Notes under the pieces: model-generated
Database searches by the model: none
What the model was told of the DNA's origin: nothing
The model's input: the letters and a program-made list of their open reading frames with translations, nothing else
Part shown: positions 52,866 to 61,733 of the stretch, in pieces
How positions within the stretch are numbered: the first letter of the stretch is position 1
How the letters are laid out: each line of letters begins with the position of its first letter
Program-made: the position numbers and the translations under genes
NCBI GenBank assembly: GCA_948466735.1
Contig: CAOKBR010000001.1
Location: 3,266 to 67,265, forward strand
DNA: 64,000 nucleotides
Reading direction: 5' to 3'
From: an uncultured Mycoplasmatota bacterium
Lineage (GTDB): Bacteria > Bacillota_I > Bacilli_A > RF39 > UBA660

Positions 52866-53852
52866 TTATCGCTCAATATTTTCTTTAATAAACTCTAGCA
52901 TACTAACTACACGATCATATTCCATTCGCTTAGGTCCAATGATAGCAATCGTTCCTTCATCGTTTGCTGTTTTAAATTTTGTTTTAATCACAGTCATATC
53001 ATCGTCTATGTGTGATTCCCTACCAATATAAATATTGATATTGTTATCATCATCCTCACTAATTTGTTCTAGCGTTTCATGATCTTCTAATTTATTAAAG
53101 ATATCGCGGATTTTATCGACATTGCTAAATTCTGGTTGCTTTAAGATATTATTCTTTCCTACAATATTGATATTTTGATTTTGAAAATCGGTAAATACAG
53201 TATAGAAAGCATTATAAATTTGTTCATGTTGATTAACGTATTGTCCGATGATGGGTTTAATTTCATATTCAAGTTTGGTACTAATTTCATCAATTGGTGT
53301 TCCAATAATTAGTTTGTTAATTAAGTTTACGGTTTTTTTAACTTCATCAAGGGATACATCTTCTAGTTTTAAGTTTTTATGTTCCACATGGCCTTTATCG
53401 GTAACTACTAAGACGATTAGTTGTGACTCATCTAGTGGCACAACGTCAATTTGTTTTAGCAAGTTTTCATGGGATGATGTTCCTAAAACGATAGAAGTGT
53501 AACTTGTCATATCAGAGATTAATTGTAAACTTTTGCTAATACAATCAGATAATACCAATTCGTGATTTTTGAAGATAATTTGTAACTTTCGCATATCTTC
53601 TAAATCCATTTTTTTAAACTCCATCAAATGATCTACATAATATCGATAACCATTTTCACTTGGAATGCGTCCGCTGGAAGTGTGTGTTTTTTCTAGTAGC
53701 CCTAACTCTTCTAAAGATGCCATCTCACTACGAATGGTCGCACTAGAACACTTAAAATGTTTGCATAATAGTTTGGAACTTACTGGTTTTGCTAATTTAA
53801 TATATTGTTCGACAATCATTTTTAAAATGTTATTTTGTCGCTTTGTTAGCAA
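52866..53852 (-). CDS. hrcA: heat-inducible transcription repressor HrcA
   Basis: The refined TTG start after GGAGG gives 'MLTKRQNNILKMIVEQYI', matching B. subtilis 'MLTNRQLLIL'. A CIRCE lies upstream. Confidence 0.85.
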   Translation of the reverse strand: MLTKRQNNILKMIVEQYIKLAKPVSSKLLCKHFKCSSATIRSEMASLEELGLLEKTHTSSGRIPSENGYRYYVDHLMEFKKMDLEDMRKLQIIFKNHELVLSDCISKSLQLISDMTSYTSIVLGTSSHENLLKQIDVVPLDESQLIVLVVTDKGHVEHKNLKLEDVSLDEVKKTVNLINKLIIGTPIDEISTKLEYEIKPIIGQYVNQHEQIYNAFYTVFTDFQNQNINIVGKNNILKQPEFSNVDKIRDIFNKLEDHETLEQISEDDDNNINIYIGRESHIDDDMTVIKTKFKTANDEGTIAIIGPKRMEYDRVVSMLEFIKENIER

Positions 53853-53877
53853 GTGTAACACCTCCAATTTAGCACTA

Positions 53878-53904
53878 ATATTTCTTAAGTGCTAATACCA
53901 TTAT
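53878..53904 (-). promoter_or_regulatory. CIRCE operator (TTAGCACT-N11-AGTGCTAA)
   Basis: ttagcactaatatttcttaagtgctaa, between the -10 and the RBS of hrcA. Confidence 0.75.
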
Positions 53905-53907
53905 ATG

Positions 53908-53937
53908 CACCTTTTTAGCACTTGTCAACATTTTTTG
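53908..53937 (-). promoter_or_regulatory. sigma-A promoter TTGACA-17-TATAAT for the hrcA operon
   Basis: Minus strand reads ttgaca agtgctaaaaaggtgca tataat. Confidence 0.5.
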
Positions 53938-54119
53938 CTAACAAATTTCGCCATTTATTTTTTAACAAACAAAAAAAGGCTAAGGATACTCTTAACACTT
54001 TTTCTTAGATTATAATTATTTTTATTCTGAAGTAACAATAATATTGCCATATGAAAGAGCAACTGTTCCTGTTACAAAAGTTGCTTGGACAGTAAAATCA
54101 AAAACGTTGTTTTCACCTA

Positions 54120-54320
54120 CTAAAACTTTTTCCTTTTTATCAGAGGCTGATAAGCTTCACTTAAAGTAATTCTTGTTTTTCCTTCCGTGTACGTTAATAT
54201 GATTGTTGGCGTCTCTAGTGTGTTTTCTACTTTTCCTTCTTTTGCAAAAGTGACTCCTATTGTTACTATCACTAATAAAAGTAACATCACTATAGGTAAA
54301 ATGACTTTTTTATTTTTCAT
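54120..54320 (-). CDS. small secreted protein; its frame appears to continue to about 54015 after a shift in A-runs
   Basis: 66-aa ORF with a signal peptide. The adjacent frame encodes a further 34 residues before a stop ('LVGENNVFDFTVQATFVTGTVALSYGNIIVTSE'). Confidence 0.3.
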   Translation of the reverse strand: MKNKKVILPIVMLLLLVIVTIGVTFAKEGKVENTLETPTIILTYTEGKTRITLSEAYQPLIKRKKF

Positions 54321-54401
54321 GTTTGGTAACTCCTATTCTTAATTATTCATTTATCACAGTCTACATAAAATACTTAAACGTGAATTAAAAAATATTTTTT
54401 C

Positions 54402-54581
54402 CTAGCAAGAACCATCTAACACACAAGTGTTTAAATCATCTTCAATTTGAGTGACAAAGTCATCATTTGTTTTTTTGTTTCCTGATAAATTAGCAAAAAG
54501 AAGTAATAAAATCATACTCGCTAAAAGAAGTAGGCTATATAAGATTGTTGAAATAGCAAATCCTTTATTATTTAATTTCAT
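54402..54581 (-). CDS. 59-aa pseudopilin-like small protein
   Basis: 'MKLNNKGFAISTILYSLLLLASMILLL' has a prepilin-like G-F-x leader followed by a hydrophobic helix. There is no Glu at +5. It falls below the ORF-track length cutoff. Confidence 0.25.
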   Translation of the reverse strand: MKLNNKGFAISTILYSLLLLASMILLLLFANLSGNKKTNDDFVTQIEDDLNTCVLDGSC

Positions 54582-54623
54582 CTATCTTCACCATTATTAG
54601 TATAAACAAAAATTCTAAAGAAG

Positions 54624-55181
54624 TCAAAATTCTTTAGAATAAGAATAAATATAGATGTATTTATCACCATATTTTTTAGATTTTTCTAAGTGATAGGAAA
54701 GTTTATCTACCTTGAACTCACCAAAAGAAGTTTCTACAATTATAGTAGCGTCTTTTGTTAAAAGGTCTAATTCATCTAGTAAGTGCAAACTTTTAATGGC
54801 GTAGTCACTTTTATACGGTGGGTCAATAAAGACAATATCAAATTGAATATTCGCTTGATGAAAATAGTTTAAGGCTTTTTCGTAATCTAGTAGAAATATT
54901 TCTGTTTCATCTTCGATATGGCATTTAGATACATTTTCTTCGATGACTCTAACAGCGGCCTTTTCTTTATCTATCAAATAGGCTTTTTCTGCTCCTTGGC
55001 TAATGGCTTCAATTCCTAAATTACCACTTCCAGAGAACAAATCTAGTACGATGCTACTTGGTAATTTGTTTTGAATCATGGCAAAACAAGATTCTTTTAC
55101 TCTCTCCATCGTTGGACGAGTCCCCTCTAAATCATATCCCTTAAGTACTCTACCTTTTAATTTTCCACTAATAATCTTCAT
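54624..55181 (-). CDS. rsmD: 16S rRNA (guanine966-N2)-methyltransferase RsmD (YlbH-like)
   Basis: 'MKIISGKLKGRVL', 'DLFSGSGNLGIEAISQGA', 'DPPY'. Confidence 0.8.
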   Translation of the reverse strand: MKIISGKLKGRVLKGYDLEGTRPTMERVKESCFAMIQNKLPSSIVLDLFSGSGNLGIEAISQGAEKAYLIDKEKAAVRVIEENVSKCHIEDETEIFLLDYEKALNYFHQANIQFDIVFIDPPYKSDYAIKSLHLLDELDLLTKDATIIVETSFGEFKVDKLSYHLEKSKKYGDKYIYIYSYSKEF

Positions 55182-55182
55182 C

Positions 55183-55476
55183 TTATTTCGCATCCTTTAT
55201 TGCTTTTATTCTATCGGTTAAAGTAAACGTTAAATGCATAAGTTCTCTCTCTTGCTTTTTATACTTAATGAACATTTCATTTTCTTCTAACTCTTGACGT
55301 AGGGCATCTTTTTCTTCACAATGGTTTTCCTTAATTTGATGAAACTTTTTTAATTTTTCTAAAAAGTTCTCATCTTGTTTTAGACTTTCTAAGGTATGAT
55401 TTATCTCTTTTAATAAAGGTAATTCTTCTAATAAATGAGTTACTATATTTAATTGTTCTTCTACTAATTCATTCAT
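55183..55476 (-). CDS. small helical protein, possibly of the YlbF/YmcA family
   Basis: 97 aa, E/K-rich, helical. Its position beside rsmD matches ylbF-ylbG-ylbH. Confidence 0.3.
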   Translation of the reverse strand: MNELVEEQLNIVTHLLEELPLLKEINHTLESLKQDENFLEKLKKFHQIKENHCEEKDALRQELEENEMFIKYKKQERELMHLTFTLTDRIKAIKDAK

Positions 55477-55603
55477 ATTGTCCCATTCCTCGTATATTCA
55501 ATCTTATAGAATATATCAAACTATTTGATTGTTTTTTTTCTATTGATATTTTTCTAAATGATACTAATGCTTATGACAAATCGCCTCATCATTTTAGCAA
55601 TAT

Positions 55604-57940
55604 TTAAAACTTAAAGTTTAATACTTCGTCCATATCTTTACCATAGTCCCTAATATATTTATGATGCTTTTTTAACATATTTCTACAATATGTACTTAAT
55701 TGTTTAGCCTCATCACTATGGTTTATCTCATCTAGGTATTTAAGAGCATCAAGAATAAGATTGTAGCGATCAATTTTATTTTGTACCCTCATATCAAATG
55801 GAGTAGTAATGGTGCCTTCTTCTAAATAACCATGAACATGTAAATTTTTGTTTTCTCTTTTATATACTAATTGATGGATTAAAGGGGCATAACCGTGAAA
55901 AGCAAAAATAATTGGCTTATCTTTGGTAAATAATTGATTGTACTCGCTATCTTTTAATCCATGAGGATGTGTTTGATTAGATTCTAATTTCATTAAATCA
56001 ACAACATTTACAACGCGAACTTTTAATTTTGGCAAATACTCTTTCATGATTTTTACAGCAGCAATAACTTCTAGTGTTGGGGTATCTCCAGCACACGCCA
56101 TAACTAAATCAGGATTTTTATCCTTAGAACTAATAAAATCTAAAGTCCCAATTCCCTTTTGACAATGTAGTGTTGCTTCACTCATCGTTAGCCACTGTGG
56201 ACGTAAGTGTTTTGATGCAACGATAACATTGATATAATTCTTTGTGGTAATACAATGATTGAAACAAGAGATTAAACAATTCGCATCAAATGGTAAATAA
56301 ATTCTTACTGTATCTGCTTTCTTGGTAACTAAGTGATTAAGAAATCCTGGGTCTTGATGCGTAAAACCGTTATGATCTTGTTGCCAAATATGAGAGGTTA
56401 AAATATAATTCAAACTTGGTATATCATAACGAAAATCAAGTTCTTTTGCCATTTTCAACCATTTTGCATGTTGACTTGCCATCGAATCAACGATTCTAAC
56501 AAAGGCTTCATAAGTATGGAAAAAGCCAGATCTTCCTGTTAACAAATACCCTTCAAGCATTCCTTCTAGAGCATGCTCTGATAACATCGAGTCAATTACT
56601 CTACCATCACTTGCTAAAAATTCATCCGTTTTTAAGGTAGTCCCATTCCACTTACGATTAGTTTTCTCAAACACATGATTCAAACGATTCGATAGGGCTT
56701 CATCTGGTCCAAAGATACGAAAATTATCAGGATTTAATTCTACAATATCGCGAATAAACTTTCCTAATTCTAGCATATCGCTTGCTTCTATGCTTCCTGG
56801 GTTTTTGAATTTTAATTGATAATTTTTATAATTTGGCATGTTCAATTTTTTCGTTAACATTCCACCATTTGCATGCGGATTAAGACTCATCGTTTTATCT
56901 ACTTTGGGTAAAATGCTCTTAATTTCTTTTAATAATTTTCCGTTTTCATCAAATAATTCTTCAGGATGATAGCTTCTAAGCCAGTTTTCTAGCACTTCAA
57001 GATTATCCATTTTATCATAGTTAACGACAACTGGTACTTGATGTGAGCGAAATGACCCTTCAATCACTTTTCCTTCCAATTTCTTAGGCCCCGTCCATCC
57101 TTTTGGTGTTTTTAAAATGATCATCGGCCAAATAATATTGGTGGTTTTCTTCCCTGTTTTAATTTTTTTAATATCCTTTATTACCGATTCTAACACACGC
57201 GCCATATCTTCATGTAAAGTATAAGGATCATCTCCACTAACTAAATAAGGCTTATAACTGCATCCTGTGAAAAAGTGATATAACTCATCATTACTCATTC
57301 TACCTAATATCGTAGGATTAGCTATTTTATAACCGTTCAAGTGTAAAATAGGAAGTACTACTCCGTCTTTTTTGGGATGAATAAATTTATTTAAATGCCA
57401 ACTTGTTGCTAAAGGTCCAGTTTCTGCTTCCCCATCTCCTATAGCACAAGCAGCAATCAAATCTTTGTTATCTAAAACGGCACCATAGGCATGAGCTAAG
57501 CTATAACCGAGTTCTCCTCCTTCATGAATCGAACCAGGAACCTCAGGAGATACATGAGATGATACTCCTCCTGGAAAAGAAAATTGGCGACAAAGTTTTT
57601 TAAGTCCTTCTAAATCTTCCGTAAACTCTGGATAGATCTTACGATAAGAACCATCTAAATAACTATTAGCAATCATTGCTTGTCCACCGTGCCCTGGCCC
57701 AGAGATATAAATCATATTTAAATCATATTTTTTAATGATTCGATTTAAATGCGTATAAATAAAATTTTGACCTGGTGCTGTTCCAAAGTGTCCTACCACA
57801 TTAGGTTTAATATCTTTAATATCAAGGGGTCTAGTAAGTAGCGGATTATCTAGCAAATAAAGTTGAGCAACAGATAAATAATTGACTGCTCTAAAATATT
57901 TATTGATTAATTCTAACTCCTGTTTTTTTAATATTTTCAT
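55604..57940 (-). CDS. xfp: xylulose-5-phosphate/fructose-6-phosphate phosphoketolase
   Basis: 778 aa. XFP signature regions ('GHGG', 'EGGELGYSLAHAYG') and a TPP-binding fold. Confidence 0.9.
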   Translation of the reverse strand: MKILKKQELELINKYFRAVNYLSVAQLYLLDNPLLTRPLDIKDIKPNVVGHFGTAPGQNFIYTHLNRIIKKYDLNMIYISGPGHGGQAMIANSYLDGSYRKIYPEFTEDLEGLKKLCRQFSFPGGVSSHVSPEVPGSIHEGGELGYSLAHAYGAVLDNKDLIAACAIGDGEAETGPLATSWHLNKFIHPKKDGVVLPILHLNGYKIANPTILGRMSNDELYHFFTGCSYKPYLVSGDDPYTLHEDMARVLESVIKDIKKIKTGKKTTNIIWPMIILKTPKGWTGPKKLEGKVIEGSFRSHQVPVVVNYDKMDNLEVLENWLRSYHPEELFDENGKLLKEIKSILPKVDKTMSLNPHANGGMLTKKLNMPNYKNYQLKFKNPGSIEASDMLELGKFIRDIVELNPDNFRIFGPDEALSNRLNHVFEKTNRKWNGTTLKTDEFLASDGRVIDSMLSEHALEGMLEGYLLTGRSGFFHTYEAFVRIVDSMASQHAKWLKMAKELDFRYDIPSLNYILTSHIWQQDHNGFTHQDPGFLNHLVTKKADTVRIYLPFDANCLISCFNHCITTKNYINVIVASKHLRPQWLTMSEATLHCQKGIGTLDFISSKDKNPDLVMACAGDTPTLEVIAAVKIMKEYLPKLKVRVVNVVDLMKLESNQTHPHGLKDSEYNQLFTKDKPIIFAFHGYAPLIHQLVYKRENKNLHVHGYLEEGTITTPFDMRVQNKIDRYNLILDALKYLDEINHSDEAKQLSTYCRNMLKKHHKYIRDYGKDMDEVLNFKF

Positions 57941-58108
57941 CTTTTTTTCCTTTCTATTTTCTTTATTTATTAATATTATTGTACCAAGTTTCTTTTAAAA
58001 AGTCATTAGAATCTTAAAGGCTATTTTTATTTAAAAGAATTTTACCAAGAAAAAAGATAATTCAATCGATAACATATTGATTATCTTCCATTTATCTTTG
58101 TATATTTT

Positions 58109-58330
58109 TTATCTAATCACATCAATTAATGTACGAATCATTTCAATTCCTTGGGAAATTTGATTTACTTTATCTTCCATTGTCAATTTATAACGTTGTT
58201 TCATTTCTTTTTCCATCTCTTTAATGGCTAATGGATTTCGATTCAATTTTTTATACCAGTAAGAATACTCTCGTAAATAACGATATAAATTGGGATTAGA
58301 TCTAATTTGCATTTGTAAATCGATACTCAT
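58109..58330 (-). CDS. YlbE-like small protein
   Basis: 'YRYLREYSYWYKKLNRNPLAIKEMEKEMKQRY' resembles B. subtilis YlbE 'WRYIEHHPDWYRRLSRNP...' as recalled. Confidence 0.4.
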   Translation of the reverse strand: MSIDLQMQIRSNPNLYRYLREYSYWYKKLNRNPLAIKEMEKEMKQRYKLTMEDKVNQISQGIEMIRTLIDVIR

Positions 58331-58680
58331 TAATCATCAAACCTTTGGTAACGATTTCTAGGCTCATAACTTCTTGGGTTTTGATTATTTCCTGTTAAAT
58401 GCAAATCTTGGACTAAAGTAATCGCTTTTTGTAGTCCTGCTACCCCTTTTCTTACCGTTTCTAAATCTACTTTTTTAATCATGTTAAATAATTCTTGTAA
58501 AGAACCATCGTCCTTTGTTGTAGTAGGATTACTATTTAAATAAGGTTTCCAAACTTCATGATCTTCGCCATACATTTCATACATCTCATAATATTTTTGC
58601 CATGTTCCTTGATTGTTTAATACCGCTTTTGCTAATTCAGGGTGAACCTTGGCAAATTGTTTAAAACTTTCCTTCGACAT
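58330..58680 (-). CDS. YlbD-like putative spore coat protein
   Basis: 'FKQFAKVHPELAKAVLNNQGTWQKYYEMYEMYGED' resembles the YlbD family. Start refined to the ATG after GGTGA. Confidence 0.4.
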   Translation of the reverse strand: MSKESFKQFAKVHPELAKAVLNNQGTWQKYYEMYEMYGEDHEVWKPYLNSNPTTTKDDGSLQELFNMIKKVDLETVRKGVAGLQKAITLVQDLHLTGNNQNPRSYEPRNRYQRFDD

Positions 58681-58744
58681 ACATATCACCTATTAAAAGT
58701 GTATGCGATAAAATCAAATTGTTGATGTGAATTAGACGAATTTC

Positions 58745-61270
58745 CTAATTTAGAAAGTCATCTATTGTCATTAAGCGATCATCGATATCTTTTAAAAAGG
58801 CTTCTTCGTCTTTAACTATCGGAGTATCTTTTTCTTCTATATTACTATTTTCTTGATTGTTTTTCCCTTTTTCCACTAATTCTTGGACAATAAATGCATC
58901 TAGTATTTCTTGTTTGGCGATGGTTGAGCCTGTTGAATAACGATCTAATATTGGAAACTCACTATTTTTATAAATGATGATATCATCTTGTTTTGTTCCA
59001 ATGGCATCATGGATATTGGTAACAAAAGCTTTTAATACATGGTATGGATTACTTTTGATTTCTTTAAATAAAATTAATCCACGTCTAGCTCTTGATGTTT
59101 TTTCAAAATCACTTAATCTTACGCGTTTAGCTGTTTTCTTATCGGAAATGATAGTAACAAAATCATGATTTTCTAAAGTGAAGCTACTAGCACTTATCAA
59201 GTAATCTTCTTTTAAATTCATCGCTTTTACTCCACTAGCACGTAATCCAACAACAGGAACATCCCCTTCATCAAACCATAGCCCATAACCATGATAACTA
59301 CTTAAGAATATTTCACTTCCTTGAATAACACTAGCATAAATTAGTTTATCATCATCTTTTAATTTCATACAAATAATCGGCTTAGTGTATCTTGATGCCT
59401 TAAATTCTTTTAAGGTAGTTTTTTTGATTAATCCATTTTTACTAACTAAAATGATGTTGACATCCTTATCAAAACTCTCTACAGGAATTGCTCCAATTAA
59501 TTCTTCATCTTGTTCTAGTTTAATGATATTACTAATGTGTTTTCCTAAATCTTTCCATTTTAAATCAGGAAGTAAATGAACTGAAACATATAAATAATTT
59601 CCTAAATTGGTAAATAATAGTAATGTATCTAGGGTATTTAATTCAAATAATCCTAAAACATAATCACCATCTTTAAGTTGAGCGTCATCCACCGATGAAG
59701 AATAACTTCTCTTACTGGTTCGTTTTACATAACCATCTTTTGTTACCATTACCACAACATCTTCTTTTGGAATCATTTCTGTTGTATCAATCTTAATTTC
59801 GGTAATAAAATCTTTAATTTCGGTAAGTCGTGGAATATTATATTCTTCTTTAATTTGTTTTAACTCACGTTTCATGACTTCTTTTAATAATTTTTCATCA
59901 CTCAAAATTTTCTCTAAGGCTCCTACTTCTTTTTCTAGTTTTGCTAATTCTTCTTCTAATAGTTGAACATCGGTATTGGTTAGACGATATAGTTGTAATG
60001 TTACAATCGCTTCTGCTTGATCCATGGTAAACTCAAATTCTTTGACTAAGTTTTCTTTAGCATCTGCTTTATTTTTACTATGACGAATTAAGTGTACTAC
60101 TTCATCTAAAATGGATAAACAACGAATAAAACCAGACACGATATGTAGACGAAATTTTTTATTTGCTAAGTCAAACTCGCATCTTTTGGTAATTACTTCT
60201 TTTTGATGGTTGATGTATGCATTTAAAATATCGATAAGCCCCATTAACTTAGGTCTACGATTTACTATGGCAATCATATTGAAGTTATAATTTACTTGTA
60301 ATTCGGTATTTTTTAGTAAATAATTTAATACCAGTTCACTATTGGCTTCTTTTTTTAAATCAATAGCAATTCTAAGACCGTCTTTATCAGATTCATCACG
60401 AACTTCTATGATACCATCAATTTTTTTATCAATGCGAATTTCATCGATTTTTCTTACTAGTTGGGCTTTATTCACTTCATAAGGAATTTCAGTTACAATG
60501 ATGGCTTTTTCTTTTTTGCCTTCTTCAATTTTGGTTTTACTTTTAACGACAATTTTTCCACGCCCTGTCGTGTAAGCTTGGCGAATACCATCTTTTCCTT
60601 CAACAATTCCTCCCGTTGGAAAATCAGGCCCCAAAACGTGCTTCATCAGCTCATCTAAACTAGCACTAGGATTACTGATTAATTCAATCGTTGCATCAAT
60701 TACTTCTCCTAAATTATGTGGTGGAATATTAGTTGCATACCCTGCTGAAATACCATTAGTACCATTGACAATCAAGTTAGGAAATCTAGCAGGTAGAACC
60801 GTTGGTTCCATAAGACTATCATCAAAGTTGGGGGCAAAAATAACGGTATCTTTATCTAAATCTTTTAATAATTCATTACTAATTTTAGATAGTCGTGCTT
60901 CTGTATAACGGTATGCAGCAGGACTATCTCCATCGATACTACCATTATTACCATGCATATCGATATAAGGATTCTTTACTTTCCAACTTTGGCTCATTCG
61001 AACCATCGCATCATAAATACTACTATCACCATGAGGATGAAGTGTTCCAATAACATCTCCTACAGTTTTTGCTGATTTCTTATAAGGTTTATCATAGGTA
61101 TTTTTCTCTTTATACATGGAATATAAAATACGTCGTTGAACTGGTTTTAGTCCATCTCTTGCATCAGGAATAGCTCTATCTTGAATAATATATTTTGAAT
61201 ATCTTCCAAAACGCTGACCCATGATTTCTTCTAGGGCGTATTCTTTAATTTTTTCTAATTGTTCTTTCAT
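58745..61270 (-). CDS. parC: DNA topoisomerase IV subunit A
   Basis: 'DRFGRYSKYIIQDRAIPDARDGLKPVQRRILY' and 'MVRMSQSW' read as ParC rather than GyrA (VHRRILY). No GyrA-box QRRGGKG is present. Confidence 0.85.
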   Translation of the reverse strand: MKEQLEKIKEYALEEIMGQRFGRYSKYIIQDRAIPDARDGLKPVQRRILYSMYKEKNTYDKPYKKSAKTVGDVIGTLHPHGDSSIYDAMVRMSQSWKVKNPYIDMHGNNGSIDGDSPAAYRYTEARLSKISNELLKDLDKDTVIFAPNFDDSLMEPTVLPARFPNLIVNGTNGISAGYATNIPPHNLGEVIDATIELISNPSASLDELMKHVLGPDFPTGGIVEGKDGIRQAYTTGRGKIVVKSKTKIEEGKKEKAIIVTEIPYEVNKAQLVRKIDEIRIDKKIDGIIEVRDESDKDGLRIAIDLKKEANSELVLNYLLKNTELQVNYNFNMIAIVNRRPKLMGLIDILNAYINHQKEVITKRCEFDLANKKFRLHIVSGFIRCLSILDEVVHLIRHSKNKADAKENLVKEFEFTMDQAEAIVTLQLYRLTNTDVQLLEEELAKLEKEVGALEKILSDEKLLKEVMKRELKQIKEEYNIPRLTEIKDFITEIKIDTTEMIPKEDVVVMVTKDGYVKRTSKRSYSSSVDDAQLKDGDYVLGLFELNTLDTLLLFTNLGNYLYVSVHLLPDLKWKDLGKHISNIIKLEQDEELIGAIPVESFDKDVNIILVSKNGLIKKTTLKEFKASRYTKPIICMKLKDDDKLIYASVIQGSEIFLSSYHGYGLWFDEGDVPVVGLRASGVKAMNLKEDYLISASSFTLENHDFVTIISDKKTAKRVRLSDFEKTSRARRGLILFKEIKSNPYHVLKAFVTNIHDAIGTKQDDIIIYKNSEFPILDRYSTGSTIAKQEILDAFIVQELVEKGKNNQENSNIEEKDTPIVKDEEAFLKDIDDRLMTIDDFLN

Positions 61271-61284
61271 GTTCCACCTCGTCT

Positions 61285-61722
61285 TTAAGCATTACAACAA
61301 ATACTTGCTTTCATTTGTTTAAGGAGTTGATCAATATATTGATAGTAGAAATTAACCTTTCTTTTATAGGTTGCTTGAGATAGTAAATCAATCATTTTTC
61401 TTGTATAAATGTAATTTAAAATGGTATCATATTTGTCTTCTTTAAAGTGTAGGGCCCCTTTAGGTAATCCGATCCACTTTTGAAACACCTCATCTTCTGG
61501 ATAAGAAATAGTAGCTTCCTTAAAGGATTCTTCCATTACTTCATTAGATAGGAGACTAAGAAATTTTTGAAAACGTAGTTCAGCTTGCTCCTTGGAAGAC
61601 TTTAAAAAAAGGCTAGTAATATCATTTAAGCTAAGATCACCTTTTTGATATAAATAGTAAAAGGCATACCCAAATCCTGCATATTTGTTGATGATTTCAA
61701 TTAATGTACTTTCATTTATCAT
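61285..61722 (-). CDS. hypothetical protein encoded between parE and parC
   Basis: 145 aa with an AAGGAG RBS 7 nt upstream. It starts 12 nt after the parE stop and ends 15 nt before parC. Confidence 0.5.
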   Translation of the reverse strand: MINESTLIEIINKYAGFGYAFYYLYQKGDLSLNDITSLFLKSSKEQAELRFQKFLSLLSNEVMEESFKEATISYPEDEVFQKWIGLPKGALHFKEDKYDTILNYIYTRKMIDLLSQATYKRKVNFYYQYIDQLLKQMKASICCNA

Positions 61723-61733
61723 AGCAAAACTCC

